A stretch of 64,000 nucleotides of DNA from Octopus sinensis (Eukaryota), in the NCBI RefSeq assembly GCF_006345805.1, contig NC_042998.1, positions 78,802,001 through 78,866,000 on the forward strand, given 5' to 3'. Shown here one piece after another: positions 27,084-40,181 of this stretch. Below the pieces are notes generated by a model. That model saw only the letters and a program-made list of their open reading frames with translations. It was not told where the DNA came from and searched no databases. The position numbers were made by a program, and so were the translations under genes. Position 1 is the first letter of the stretch, and every line of letters begins with the position of its first letter.

Positions 27084-30046
27084 AGCAACAACAATAATAT
27101 GGAATACTACTCCATATATAAGAAATAATTTCAGCCTGAATGAACATATCCAGTCTGAATGGGATGGCATTAGCATCAACACTTGTTGTACAAACACAAG
27201 CTATCATCATTAGATATACTGAAATGAATATTCACAATTTCTAGAATATTGATAACAAGTGTTGCCTGTTCAGTCTATTTTTGAAACAAAACACTTCATT
27301 GTATCAAAATATGCTTGGTAACACAATAACATAGCAAAGTTGCTCTGTGTACACCTGATAATCTAATTTCAGCTCCTTTGAGAAAATATCACTATAGCAC
27401 TCATATGAACCCTCTCCTATCTTATGAAATTCTAATGTGAAAATACTCACGAATGTGAGCAAAGATATGTCATCAGGCAGCACACAATCATCCCAATATT
27501 GCTTTTTTTTTTTTTTTTTTTTTTTTTTGATAAAAATGACAATGGTGTACTAATTATGGACACAACAAACCCAAAGGATTATAATATTGTGCAGAAGTAA
27601 GCTGAAAAGCTAAGAAATTACACTGACCAAGCTGTTGATTTAAAAACATTATTGTGGTTTAGCGATGTGTCCCTCATCTTATTTCTGTTACAAGAATAGT
27701 ATACAGCCACTTCTGTAAAGATATTGACATACTACTTATATGGATAACTATTGGTATATTCCAGAAAGTAGCAACATTGAGATTCATTAGTAATGTCAGG
27801 GAATTCTCACACAGTATTGTTAAGCTTAAATTATTTTTATGCATGTTTTCGAAAATATTTCTAATTCTTTTTGGAGAAAGCAAATTCTTCGTGCATTTCT
27901 CAACCTATGTAAAATAAAATCATAATTTCTTGCATTGGCAAAAAGCCACAAATTTTGGGAGGAGTGGGTATAGTAGATTCAGTCAACACTCAGCACTTGA
28001 CTAATACTTAATTTTAAAACATTGGGTACAGTTGACCTTAATAGGTTTTGAATTTAGAATGCAAACAGACTTAACTACATACCAAAAGGCATTTTATCTT
28101 GTGGCTCTACAATTTCTACCAATACACCACTCTTCATAATTAAATAATGCAAAGCATTTAAGGCATTTAATCCAATGCTCTACCATTTATAACCATTCCA
28201 CAGACTTAAATTACAGCAACCAAAATAATAACAATTATATTGAGAATAGTTTTACTTCTGATTCCTTTCAACTAAGCATAAACTATTCTGAGAACCAGTT
28301 TCACAGTCAAGTAAAACTATCCTAACAAACACTACTAGTATCCAGTCAATGGATACTTACTTATAAAGCCTCTGTTATCATTACTGTTATTTCTGAAGTT
28401 GCAGTGTAATGATATATATGGTGGTTAGTAGTTATAAATTTCCACCATTTCTTTAGTTTTGTTTTTCCTCAATTTCGTTTGCTTTTATTTCTTTCAATGA
28501 CCTTTCTTCATCAGCTTATAATTCTAAGTTGAATTGATTACTTCAATAAAACACTGAAAATTGTTAGTTTGCATAACACTTCTAGCAAACATGCTTTGTA
28601 ATTATTTCATTTGAAACTGCCACAAATTTATTTATCTTAAGTTATCTTTCTTAAGCATTTAGGTTTTGTTTTTTTTTGTTTTTTGTTTCTTTATCTGGTT
28701 TTGTTGCTATTATTTTTCCAGTTTACTTTTTGAGGCTCTGTAGTCTACATTTACTTAATGATAATCTCATTTTTTTAAAAACAACTGTTTTCAGGATTTT
28801 TATAAAAGTATACTTGTTTATGCTGATCTGTGGGGTTTAAGCAGTTTCAAGAATTTCTGTTTATTTCTAATCAACATTATTTAGCATACTACTTCTACTA
28901 CTACCACCACAAAAACCACTGCTACTGCTACACCACTCCACCACAAGCAATGTTATTTTCAAATTAATATTGTTGCCACCATTAACATTATTATTAACAA
29001 TATTAATATCAGTGATAATGATATCAAAAATTATTATTATTCATTTTGTTATTCTATGTGGTTTGCCATGTTTGAAAGATTGCATATCTATTCAGTAAAC
29101 TTAAACTTGGCAAGCATCATAAGGGACTGAATTCGGTGGAGTGGGATGGGGGGGGGGAATTGAAATCAATAAATTTTGTAGGAAACAAAAATTAAAACAA
29201 AATCAATCAAAATAGAATGGGTGGTGGTGGTGGTGGGGAGTAATTATTGTCATCATCAAATACTGTTAATGATTAAATTCTTCTTCCATGCTTACACTAC
29301 TCCTGTGAGTTTTCCTCTGTATCTTCATCGCCAGCAACGTTTCTGTATCCTTATTAAATATTACTGTCACCAGCACAACTGTTTCAACTTACCCACCTCA
29401 TTCTTATCGCTTTTGTTATTGTCATGAATAAGAATCCAAACAATCATCATCATCATCAATACTATCATTATCCAGCATCTTTTGTACATCTCTATCCGAA
29501 TTCTAATTCAGCAGCAGCATACACCATCACTATAATCTGCTCCGCCTCCACCTCCTGACTTCTAATCATCGTCATTTTGTGTTGTCATCATAACTATCAT
29601 TATAACTCACATAATCATAATAATCATTATTAGTATCATCAACGTCCTTATCATAATTGTCAGAAGCATCATTGACTTTATTGCAATTATCATTGCTGGC
29701 TTCGTCTTCATCAGCATCATTTTGTCATTTTCATCATCCTCATTATCTATATCATCTTTGTAATCTTTTGTTTTCCTATCATTTTGTTAATATTGTGGTT
29801 ATCATCCTCCTATTTGTTGTCACCATTATAAAACCATGTTTTCAGTGCCACCACCCATCACCACTACCCACCACCACGACTGCAATCACAATTGCCATCA
29901 CCATTAGTTAACTGAGGCAATGTAGAGTACAGCATATTGTCCTGAGGCCCAATGAAATTCCTGCTGGAGATTTGAATCCACAATCTACATGTAGCTAGTG
30001 CAAGACCTCATCTACTCTGCCATCTCGACCTGTATGTGTGTATTAT

Positions 30047-30449
30047 TCTTTTGTTTGTTTCACTCATTTGACTGCAGCCATGCTGGAGCACTGCCTTTTA
30101 GTATAAGAAATCGATCCCAGGAGTTATTCTTTGTAAGCCTGGTACTTATTCTATCAGTCTATTTTGCCAAACTGCTAAGTTACAGGGACGTAAACACACC
30201 AGCATCGGTTGTCAAGTAATGGTGGTGGGGGACAAACACAGACACCAAGACACACATACACACATATATATACACATGCACATACAACAAGCTTCTTTTT
30301 AGTTTCTGTCTACCAAATCCACTCACAAGGCTTTGGTCCAGCTTGAGGCTATAGTAGAAAACACTTGCCCAAGGTTCCATGCAATAGGACTGAATCCAGA
30401 ACCCTGTGGTTGGGAAGCAAACTTCTTACCACACAGCCATGCCTACACC
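30047..30449 (-). mobile_element. Family A SINE
   Basis: Reverse complement of the 4683-5070 organisation. Confidence 0.8.
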
Positions 30450-30483
30450 TAATATATATATATATATACACACACACGGAGTG

Positions 30484-30809
30484 TATGGCATTATATTTAT
30501 TCAATGGTTTACAATTGTTACTGTATGCGCGTGACCACTCAAAATCATGTTTATGGACATGGGTGATAATGGCTTAGTCATATGCATTACATAATGTATA
30601 TTACACAATAGCCATTTAATCTTGACCAAATGAGTATTTCTCACCTTCGTTATGATGTGAAATGACTGCTGTAGCTATTGTGTAATATGCGTTACATAAC
30701 ATGCATGACTAAATCATTATTATCTTCCATGTCTATAAACATGATGCTTGATTGGTCACCTGCACATTGTTGAAACAACTGTAAGCCATGGAATAAATGT
30801 AATATCATA
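30484..30809. repeat. Diverged inverted repeat (arms about 130 bp, spacer about 60 bp)
   Basis: 30484-30612 is complementary to 30674-30809 (e.g. ATATTACACAATAGC / GCTATTGTGTAATAT). A related single arm lies at about 60820-60945. Confidence 0.8.
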
Positions 30810-31029
30810 TTATTCCATTCTTCACTTAGCATTTATACTCTGCAATGGAAATAAACCTTACATATTTTTTGCTTGTTTGAAGCCTATGTGTCCACAGGAG
30901 AAATCTCCATTGTTCAATTTCAGATTGCTATCAATCATATAAGTGCTGCCTGTGGTAAATGCCTGGCTTATTTAATCCTTCCTTGCTTGCATTACTATAT
31001 ATATATATGTATGTATATGTATACATGTG

Positions 31030-31177
31030 TTTGGCGTTAGGAAGGGCATCCAGCTGTTGAAACACTGCCAAATCAGACTAGAGTCTGGTGCAGCCCCCAT
31101 GGCTTCCAGACCCCGGTCAAACCGTCCAACCCATGTTAGCATGGAAAACAGATGTTAAATGATGATGATGATGATGA
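31030..31177 (+). mobile_element. Family C 3' fragment inside the Helitron
   Basis: TTGGCGTTAGGAAGGGCATCCAGCTGT...GATGTTAAATGATGATGAT, following a TA/TG tract. Confidence 0.8.
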
Positions 31178-31677
31178 TATGTATACAGACAGGAGGTATA
31201 TCAATACTGTTAGTTGGGATATCAAATGAAGCTGAATGAAGTCTGTCGTTTCTTAATTTGAAAAGCCATTCTGAAAATTCTCTTTGTCCTTCTTTACTCT
31301 CAGGTTAGTCATCAAAGTGAACTGACTAAATTTTTCCCACTGGTTAATTGCTTAATACAAAACACAGTAACAGTAGCTGGAGGAATTCTGGACATTATAG
31401 GAAGCTCTTGTCTGAAGTCAATGCCAGGAATCATTTTTGTACTGCCAAATGGGCCATCACCTCCAGTTATAAGACATTTGTCCATTGTGTTGAAAGCATA
31501 TGCATTTATTATAAATGCCTCATTAACAGAGAACATTTTTATGATCCTTAGGTGTTGAGCATGTTCAGAGTTGGGTGGTACATTGCAAGTGCTTGTTTCA
31601 GTTAAAGGAACTGGAAGTTTGAGAAAGGAGTAAATTGTTTTTTCCTTGGGGATAATAAAGTGACAGCTATTCCAGAC

Positions 31678-32004
31678 TGTTGTAAAGCAGTCTTTTGCTA
31701 TTGTTGTATCTGTCTTTTGATGACTGTTGTTGCTCTGACAGATATTGTTACATTCTGAAGTCACAGATAGAATGGTTCTATCAGGCACTGTACAACCCCC
31801 AGTCGTACAATATTATTATCCTCAAAATGTTGGATCGTTATAAGCTCACTCAGTATCACAGTATAATTACTATATCAGCAGAGATACAGCTACCAACAGT
31901 CTACATGTGCTGTCTACCTTCTCAACCTTCTCTTGTTAACTTGCTATAATGGCTGGCTACTATCACTTTTTACTAGGAGGGGTATAAAGTTTCACTGTAC
32001 AACA
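31678..32004 (-). repeat. 3' LTR of the Gypsy element
   Basis: Follows the PPT and is a direct repeat of 34791-35080. Confidence 0.88.
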
Positions 32005-32267
32005 TCTCCCCTTTTAATTTTTTTTATTAGCAATCAATTTCTTTTATTCACCCTACCTCCTCCTTTTTCTTTTTCTTTTTAAGTATACTCAATATCTTTT
32101 CTTTAGAAATTCAGTGTTCTTCTTTTACCTTGTACATGTGGTTTCATAAAGCCAGTCCATCGGTATTTCAATTCTTGTTAGTTCCTCTTCTATGACTTTC
32201 CTTAAGCTGATTTCTATGTCTCCTTTCCATTCCATTTCTGCTTCTTGCGCCATACATCATTCTTCCT

Positions 32268-32551
32268 ATCATCATCATCATCATCATCATCGTTTAACAT
32301 CTGCTTTCCATGCTAGCATGGGTTGGACGATTTTGACTGAGGGCTGGCAAACCAGATGGCTGCACCAGGCTCCAGTCTTGATTTGGCAGAGTTTCTACAG
32401 CTGGATGCCCTTCCTAACGCCAACCACTCCGAGAGTGTAGTGGGTGCTTTTGATGTACCACTGGCACGGGGGCCAGTCAAGTGGTACTGGCAACGACCTC
32501 ACTCGAATCCTTTTATACATGCCACCAGCACAGGTGCCAGTAAGGCGATGT
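32268..32551 (-). mobile_element. Family C insertion inside the Gypsy element
   Basis: (CAT)n then CGTTTAACATCTGCTTTCCATGCTAGCATGGGTTGGAC..CTACAGCTGGATGCCCTTCCTAACGCC. Confidence 0.85.
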
Positions 32552-34790
32552 TACAATTTCTTCTTCTTCCCATTATTGCTTGCCATTTTTGTACATTTTA
32601 CATACACCTTATCACAAATTGTTAAGAATTTTGGCATGTCTTTATTAGTACGTATTTTTTCTTCACTGGTAACAGCTTATTGAAACTGACTTCACATTTC
32701 TGGTAAACATTAATTCTGCTGGTGAACTTCCTTCTGGCGCAGTTGGGTTCAGAGTTACCCTGTATACCCTTAAGAATTGTTGAATTGCGACCTCACCTGT
32801 GGCTTCCTTACTAGCATTCTTCAAGGTTCTCTTAAAAGTGTCCACGAACTGTTCAGCCCTTCTATTCAATCTAGGGTGATATGGTGCTATAGTTTTATGT
32901 TCTAACATGAACATCTCACAGAATCTTTTAAACTCACAGGATACAAACTTGTGTTCCATTGTCAAAGACAATTATATCTGGTACATCAAATCTTGTGGAC
33001 AGCTCATGTCAGAAGTTTATTACTGTATATGAGGTTGGTCATTTACACCTCACAACCGCAGGCTATTTTGTGTTGCTGTCCTCTACTATTAAGTAATAAT
33101 ATCCATTTACCAGGCCTGCAAAATCGATATGCAATTGGGACCATGGTATTTTCACTTCTGGCCAAGGTTCACATTTTGTAGTAGATAGTTTTTCTGCCAG
33201 TGCACATCCTCTGAAGCCTTTTACCAGGTTTTCAATTTCCTTGTCCATGCTTGGCCAATATACAAAACTTCACATCAACGCTTTCATTCTAGAGATGCCT
33301 GTGTGTCCTACATGGAACTCTTTTAACATTCTCTTCTGTAATGTCTGTGGTATGACCACCCTCTGAGTGTACATTAGTACACCATCACATATAGAGTGTA
33401 TGTTCATATCTTGCCTGTTCTTTGCATCAGGCTTTTCTTTATTTTCTTTTTGTCTCATTAATAAATTTGTCATTTCTCATATTTATTTTTGTTTTTTCCC
33501 AAGTTAATGGTAGTTCACGCACAATGTACCACATCACTTTTTTTTTGTTTCAGTTCTTCAACCTCATTTGATCATTTGACTGCTCTGTATATGCTATTGC
33601 ATAAAGTGCTTATGGGTGTATCCCATAAATTAAATTTCTCCATATATTTGGTGCCATATAAATTCATAGATTTTTTTCAACATATAAACATTCACTTTTT
33701 TGGTTCGACCTTTGAACATTATATTACAGACGCGTTCACCCTTGAAATATAATTTTCTTCCCATAACACCATACACTATTTTGTTTGAACTACATAATTT
33801 TGGTTTACCCATTTGTTCCCATGTTTTCTCATTTATGATTGTGATATCACTTCCTGTGTCTAATTGCATTCTGACTGTAGTATTTTCAATTCTCACATTC
33901 ATGAATTTTCTGTTTGTTGTAGTCACAACTTTTCCTGCCAACAAACTATTTGCGTTTTCTGGTTTTTTCCATTTTCTTATCATTCTAGTTTTGCAGTGTG
34001 ATTTTATATTTCCTGTAAACCCGCAGGGAAAACGCTTAGGTTTTTTATAAAAACAGTCTTTTTTCAGGTGCATCCCACCACATGGCATACATGGGTCTAC
34101 ATCTTAATATTCTTTCTGTTATTCCTACTACACTTTGTTTCCAAACTTTTTTTACACTGGTCTTATGTGGCAACACACTTTCTGTTGAATTTCTCCTGTG
34201 TCATACCTTAATTTTAATATCCTGTCACACTCTTCTGACAGTTTCTGCAATGTCAAATCCTGTTTCATTTCCAGTTTTGATAGAATAAGCATTCAGATTT
34301 CTGCATCCCTTCTATCTGTCAATCCTTGTGCAAAAATCAAACACTTGAAAGAATCTGGAGTAAGCATATCTAGCCTAAATCTCTCACATTCTTTATTGAC
34401 TCTGCCTATGTAAGTAGTTAAGTCTCCATCTTCATTCTTTTCTATGTTTAAAAATTTCCATCTAGTATTAAACAGTGAGCGTTTTTCACTAAACATTTTG
34501 CTCAAAATGTCAACTGTACTGATGAAATTTATGTTGGATGCTTTTTTTTTTCTTTTTCTTTTGGCAATATGGAGTTACTATACATCTGTTCTGCTGTTGC
34601 TAGTTTTCAAAACTAGATGCATTTTTATTTCGTCCATCCAATCTTGACATTTTCTTCCAAAAATTTGTTAAAATCTTTGAATGTAAGCCTCAAAGGTTAT
34701 TCCTATTTGGGGTCATATTTGAATTCTCTTATGGAATTTGCCACATGGTCAGGTGAAAACCTATTCTCTGGTTTAGTTATCAACTTTATT

Positions 34791-35080
34791 AGTTGTAACA
34801 TTTGCTGCTGTATCTGTCTTTGAACAATGGTTGTTGCTCTGACAGATATTGTTATATTCTGAAGTCGTCAAAAGAATGATTCTATCTGGCACTGTATGAC
34901 CCCCAGTTGTAGTGTTATTATCCTCAAAAGGCTGGATTGATATAACGTCCACTCAGTAGTATCACAGTATAATTACTATATCAGCACTGTCTACATATAT
35001 TCTCAACCTCCTCGACCATCCTCCATTGACCAGCTACTGCTCTATTTACTGGGAGAGGTGTACGGTTTCCCTATACAACA
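34791..35080 (-). repeat. 5' LTR of the Gypsy element
   Basis: Shares blocks such as GTTGTTGCTCTGACAGATATTGTTA and AGTATCACAGTATAATTACTATATCAGCA with the 3' LTR. Inner boundary approximate. Confidence 0.85.
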
Positions 35081-35828
35081 CAGACCCTGCAGTACTTATC
35101 AATTCACAACTACTTGATAGGAGAAAATTAAACAGCATAGTGTAAAGAACAATTTTCTGGGAAACTTCAGGAGCCTCCACATGAAAGCTTTTTCTAATTC
35201 TACCATTAGGCAGCTTTATCATTCATCACAGCATCAAACACTGTTAGCTGCTCATACTATATAGTGATGTAAATCTGGTACTTGAACTGTCACTGTTTCA
35301 TTTCTTGTGGGTGTATGTCCCTGTGGTATGGATAAGGTCAAACATTGCACAGTTCATTCTGTAAGATTGAGATTGTGTTCAGTTGCTTTAGTAATATATT
35401 TCCAACCTCTGTCAGGTCTTAACCATCACGTAAATTATCCTTGATTATGAAGTGCTTGTATTCCATCTGTATACTCATGACATCCGTAGGTTGGCTATAG
35501 AGACAAATCTTTACAAACATTAGTAGTAACTCCTTTGGTTACTGTAAATCAGTTGTGTATGTTATGTTATGATGATGAAACTTATACACACTTCTTAAAA
35601 TAAAAAAAAAAGTTTGCTCTCCATTGACTATCTTCACATCCTTATGAGAGTTGGCACTAGAGACATGCAAGAGAAGTTTCAAATGAAATCTTTCTCTGTA
35701 TCGTATACTGACAGAGTATATTCTTGTCAGGATGTTATTTTTCCTCACCCTTATTTTCCATTTGGACTTCTTTTAATGCAAACATAATATCATAGAATGT
35801 TGCAATAAAAATGTTGTTTGTATATTAA

Positions 35829-35831
<3 letters not shown>

Positions 35832-35897
<66 letters not shown>
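35832..35897. repeat. (CT)n microsatellite within the Helitron
   Basis: Directly visible. Confidence 0.95.
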
Positions 35898-35900
<3 letters not shown>

Positions 35901-38900
35901 ATGGAAACAAACTGTGAGTTGAATCTCTCATTGAAGTGCTCTGTCTCTCCCTTACTGTGCTTCATCTTGCTAGTAGTAAACTTGCTGCTCTCATGATAAA
36001 TGAATGGCTAATTGGAAGACTGAGTGAGATTTTCCATACATTTTTATTCAGAGATCTTCCACATAAATTCAAGAGAAATTTATGTGCAGGAGAGAAAATG
36101 CTTGATTTTATCATTCCCATTTCATTGCATGACTTCTCAATCTAAAGCATTTATCACTTCTACAAGTCTGTAATTGTATCCATTGTAAACATACTTAAAA
36201 AAATATACCATATACTCTTCAAGAAGATATTTCCACATTAATGTGCACTTTATAGCTCTTCAAAAGGAATTTGTTGAATGGTACAAAATATCTATTATCT
36301 ACTCAGAGTTTCTACTTGTTCCTTCTTTGATAAGCAAGATAACCATCTAATTTTGCTGAATTTTCTTCTCTGGAGTTTTTGACGAAATCTTTTTTATGAC
36401 TGTTTTCCAGGCAAAGTAAGTTTAGTTTCTGCATGCCACATAGACCTTGTATCATTAAACTTATTACCACCTGTCTAAGATCTGGGTCTTCTGATAGGAT
36501 TTATGCTGATACTAATATATCATCTTGTTTTTGCATTTGTAATTTATCTTTGTCTATTACTATCATTAGCATATTAACATGAAATAAACCTGTCTTGGAC
36601 ACAGTTTCTTTCATGTTAATATGTCTCATATTCATAGACTGTTAGAACTCTCAGCTCATGACTGTCTATACTATCAATCAATAACTCATTAAAATGAGCC
36701 TTACAGAAGTGTGAAACCAAATCTGGCCTATTTTCTACAGTCTTGGAGGTTCTGAGATAGTTTATAATTTGAGAACATCTAGGATTACATGTGTATGTAA
36801 GAAATACATCTGGTTTTCTAACTTTGGACACAAAACACAGGCATCTTGGTAATCTTCTAACTTATACCTTAGACTTCTTGTGGAAAAGGAGAGGAGAATA
36901 AAAGGGACACCAGTTTCAGGAGGATCTTCATTCATTATTAGGTGATCCATAAGACTGTGTTATTCAGTAAGTGTTATTCAAAGTAGTTAAGACTGGTTAT
37001 TTCCTATTAATTTTACCAACAACCTTCCACTTTGATATAAGCATAAACTAAGAACTGTTGAAAATGTTTACCCTCTCCATGCAATGCACTAAACACATTT
37101 GTCATGGCAAGGTAATAACTGTAATATTCTAACATTCTAATTTTATTTTTCACTCTGCCTCCCTTGATTACCATTAGAAAATATTTCTTTTAAGATGAGG
37201 TGAGGAGACAGATATAGAAAAAACATGTGCTGTCATACATTCCTCCTTGTGTAAACAGCTATATCTCTGTTTCACAGTGGAACTCCATCTTCTACAAATC
37301 TTGCAGCAACTTCATTTCATTTACAGAAACCAAAGGAGTTACTACCAATCTTTGTAAGAATGTTATAAAGCAGCTGAGATCATGACTATTAAGAAGTTGC
37401 ATAGTAATTCTGTGCAGGGGAACATTTTCTTAAATTGTCTTTTCTAATTCTTCATATTTTACAGTACTCGTGGATTTATAGACTTCAATGTAAGAACTAT
37501 GCTCTGTCATCACACTTGAATTGTTTCCATCACCAACTGCAGGCACTGATTATTTTGACAGTCTAGTGTGTATGTTTACGCTGCTTCCTGAGCATCTACA
37601 ATATAAAGTTGTCTGTATCTTTGCTGATAATTATCTTCAAGATGAAGATTAGAAACTTTGTGCAAAGTTTGGTCTTACATACGGAAAAAGTCCTCTTCTG
37701 AATGGTAGCATGATCTTCATTCTGAAAGATGCAAAAGAAAAGGCACAGATATAATTCTAATTTTTTTCCCAAAATTCTAACATTCTTGTGTATCAGCTTT
37801 AAATAAGGTTCTTGACTGAAAGGGTAGTGTACAAATCTGGTAGTTTAACTTTGCTATGTTGGCAGCAGTTTAGAGCTTCTTCACAGAACCACAATGAGGA
37901 CATCTTACAGTCAGTACTTCAATTCTAAATAGCTCTGCATGATTATTTACTGCTATGGTTACAGGCTTGTTTTAAACATTCTTGTCTATCTTCTTAGTTC
38001 ATATTTTTTGTCCAATCTTGAAATATGTTCTGTGCGTACTTTAGGTATTCTAGTGTATTCTCTTCACTCAGATTTTCTTTTCTTGCCTCTTTTCTCATTC
38101 TTGCTTATGCTAAATATTCATATATTGCTTTCTTTCCTGATTAGCAATTCTCATTCTGTTTCTCTATTTTCTTCAGCTTCTTTGTTCATCACACAACACC
38201 TTATAGCCACATTTCTTTCAATAATTTTATTCCTTTCTCTTGAGTTAATTCTTCTCATTATTCTTGATTCCTCTCTTTATTTCTAATTCTTATTTCTTCT
38301 TTCTGCCTCTCTTGATTCAATTCTCACTGTCATGCTCTGTGATTATTGTCTGCCATGGCACACCAAACACCATTTCAATAATGAAATAATTTAAAAAGCA
38401 TTTGATTTTATGTAGTTCGGAAACCTCTGAATCCAGAATATACCTTAACAGACATTTGTGAAGAAAGGTAGGGACATGGTTATATATACATAAATAGTTG
38501 TACAAAACAGCCTGTCTAGGATATACTGTTACACATATTTCATGCACACCACATATGCATAATGCATTAAATAATTTGACTGTTCTACCCATCATTGTGA
38601 ACAGACATAGATATAAGCTTATATACTAGTATACAATTATATAAAATTATAATTGCGACTCTAATATAGCCAGTCCATTGCATGCATAACTCAATAAATG
38701 AATAAGTAAATAAAATTAAATAAAAGATATTTGCTAGAATGCCTCAATAAACTCTTAGAAATTTAATATATTATGCTATGTCATAACACCTATTTCATGC
38801 ATTTGTGGTTACAAGTGACAATGTGAAAGTAATATCGTGTCAGAAAAACCACAGCCTTCTTTTTTATGCTTTTCAAAGAAAAGTGAAGTTAATTTTATTT

Positions 38901-39852
38901 TTTTTCTTATTGAAAGTAGTGCAGTGAATGACTAAACACACAGCCATTGAAATTTAGTTATGTTGCTTTACATTTTCTATTTAAAATTCTCTACCCATAT
39001 TGAGATCAACTATGCCTCTCATTTTCTTGAGTGGAAGAAAGATATCTGAGAAAAAAGAACTAGTGAAGTACTGGGCCCTATTAAACTGAGTACACCTTGT
39101 ATCAGAAATGATTATTTCTTTCTTTCTGCCTAATATTAATGTTTACATATGACTTATTTTATTGTAAATGTTTTTTTCTCTATATGATTACATTACTTTG
39201 GTATTTTGATTCTCTTTCATTAACACAAAGAATGTAAAACGATTAACACCCATTCTGGGTGACAATTCTCTCTTGTTTATACGAATATCCACAGACTATA
39301 GGGCAATCTGGACTATGCCCATAACCTCTTATGCAATCCACTTTTCCCTGCTCCTCACAGAAAAACAAATATCTTATTGAGTCTAGCCCATCTCTACTGG
39401 CCAGGCCACTCAGTTTTCAGACTTCACTCTGAAAGTGGTATCCGTGCAAACTAGCATTTACACTCACTTATCTGACCTGGATATCAGCAGTAAAGACTTT
39501 CTTACTCTAGTGCAAAGTCTTCTTTACTCACTGCCTAAATTCATTTTTGTTTCTGAGCAAAACAAAATACATTTTTTTTCAGATTCCTTATTAATTTATC
39601 AAATGAGTTTATGGATATGCATTTGTGTGTATGTGGGTTATAAGAGATAATGGTATCGATTGAGACCCAAAGGTGTCAGGTAATGCTAAATAAGTGCTAT
39701 AGACAGACCATAGTTAAGTTCCAGATTCAGTAATATTGCAAATAACGGGTTCAATGTTGGTTCCATGTCAGCATGTGTATATAAGAATTTTTTGTGTAAT
39801 GAGATAAAAAATACCAAAGCTGTATAGATATTAGAGCATTTGTAGATAGAAG

Positions 39853-39904
39853 GTCTTACAGCTGTTTCTAGGATATTAATTAATAATATCCTTTCATTGG
39901 AGAC
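39853..39904 (-). ncRNA. Mirror hammerhead copy with mutated core (CCAAUGA), probably inactive
   Basis: Same as 40130-40181 except that CUGAUGA is changed to CCAAUGA and one stem II base differs. Confidence 0.55.
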
Positions 39905-40129
39905 GGTGTGAGAGGAAAAATTAAGTCATAGTCAGTTTCGATGTGATACAAAATAGAGAGTGAGGTGGAGGAAAGAAAATAGATGTAAGATACGTATGGG
40001 TATTGAATTCATAAATCCGTTTTATAGGCATAATGGTATATATATCTTACATATATTTTCTTTCCTCCACCTCACTCTCTATTTGTTTCACATCGAAACT
40101 AACTATGACTTAATTTTTCCTCTCACACC

Positions 40130-40181
40130 GTCTCTGATGAAGGGATATTATTAATTAATATCCTAGAAACAGCTGTAAGAC
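40130..40181 (+). ncRNA. Type I hammerhead ribozyme motif
   Basis: GUCU-CUGAUGA-A-GGGAUAUUA-UUAAU-UAAUAUCCU-A-GAAA-CAGCU-GUA-AGAC. Stem I is 4 bp, stem II is 9 bp above an A.A opposition, stem III is palindromic (ACAGCUGU) and the triplet is GUA. Confidence 0.78.

Larger units (their letters stand above)
31678..35080 (-). mobile_element. Ty3/Gypsy LTR retrotransposon, internally deleted (gag, protease, integrase; no RT/RNase H)
   Basis: TGTTGTA...TACAACA termini, 5-bp TSD CAGAC (31673-31677 and 35081-35085) and PPT AAAAGGGGAGA (32005-32015). Gag NSIREFKYDP with zinc knuckles, protease LDTGSDITII, and integrase HVGHTGISRMK, LHIDFAG, APYHPRLNRRAEQFVDTFK. Confidence 0.93.
30825..38630 (-). mobile_element. 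Degenerate autonomous-type Helitron (RepHel pseudogene), interrupted by a Gypsy element
   Basis: Rep motifs KPDVFLTYTCNP..NRPDLV (ORF 36616-36831), GLFHVNML (HUH-like), DNRYFVPFN..HINVE..KYVY and ERFHLKLLLHV..VNG. Pif1 motifs: a degenerate Walker A at about 35150-35190, then SGIAVTLL, FLKLPVPLTETSTCNV, PFGS..GIDFRQELP and LMTNLR..EFSEWL. Both ends are approximate. Confidence 0.85.

Noticed and set aside
31312-31788. 158-aa ORF as a host Pif1 helicase gene
   Set aside because: Starts inside the Gypsy LTR, catalytic motifs are degenerate (NEA for DE), and the context is a Helitron.
37939-38286. Hydrophobic 115-aa ORF resembling a membrane protein
   Set aside because: Antisense reading of the charged, purine-rich N-terminal region of the Helitron ORF.
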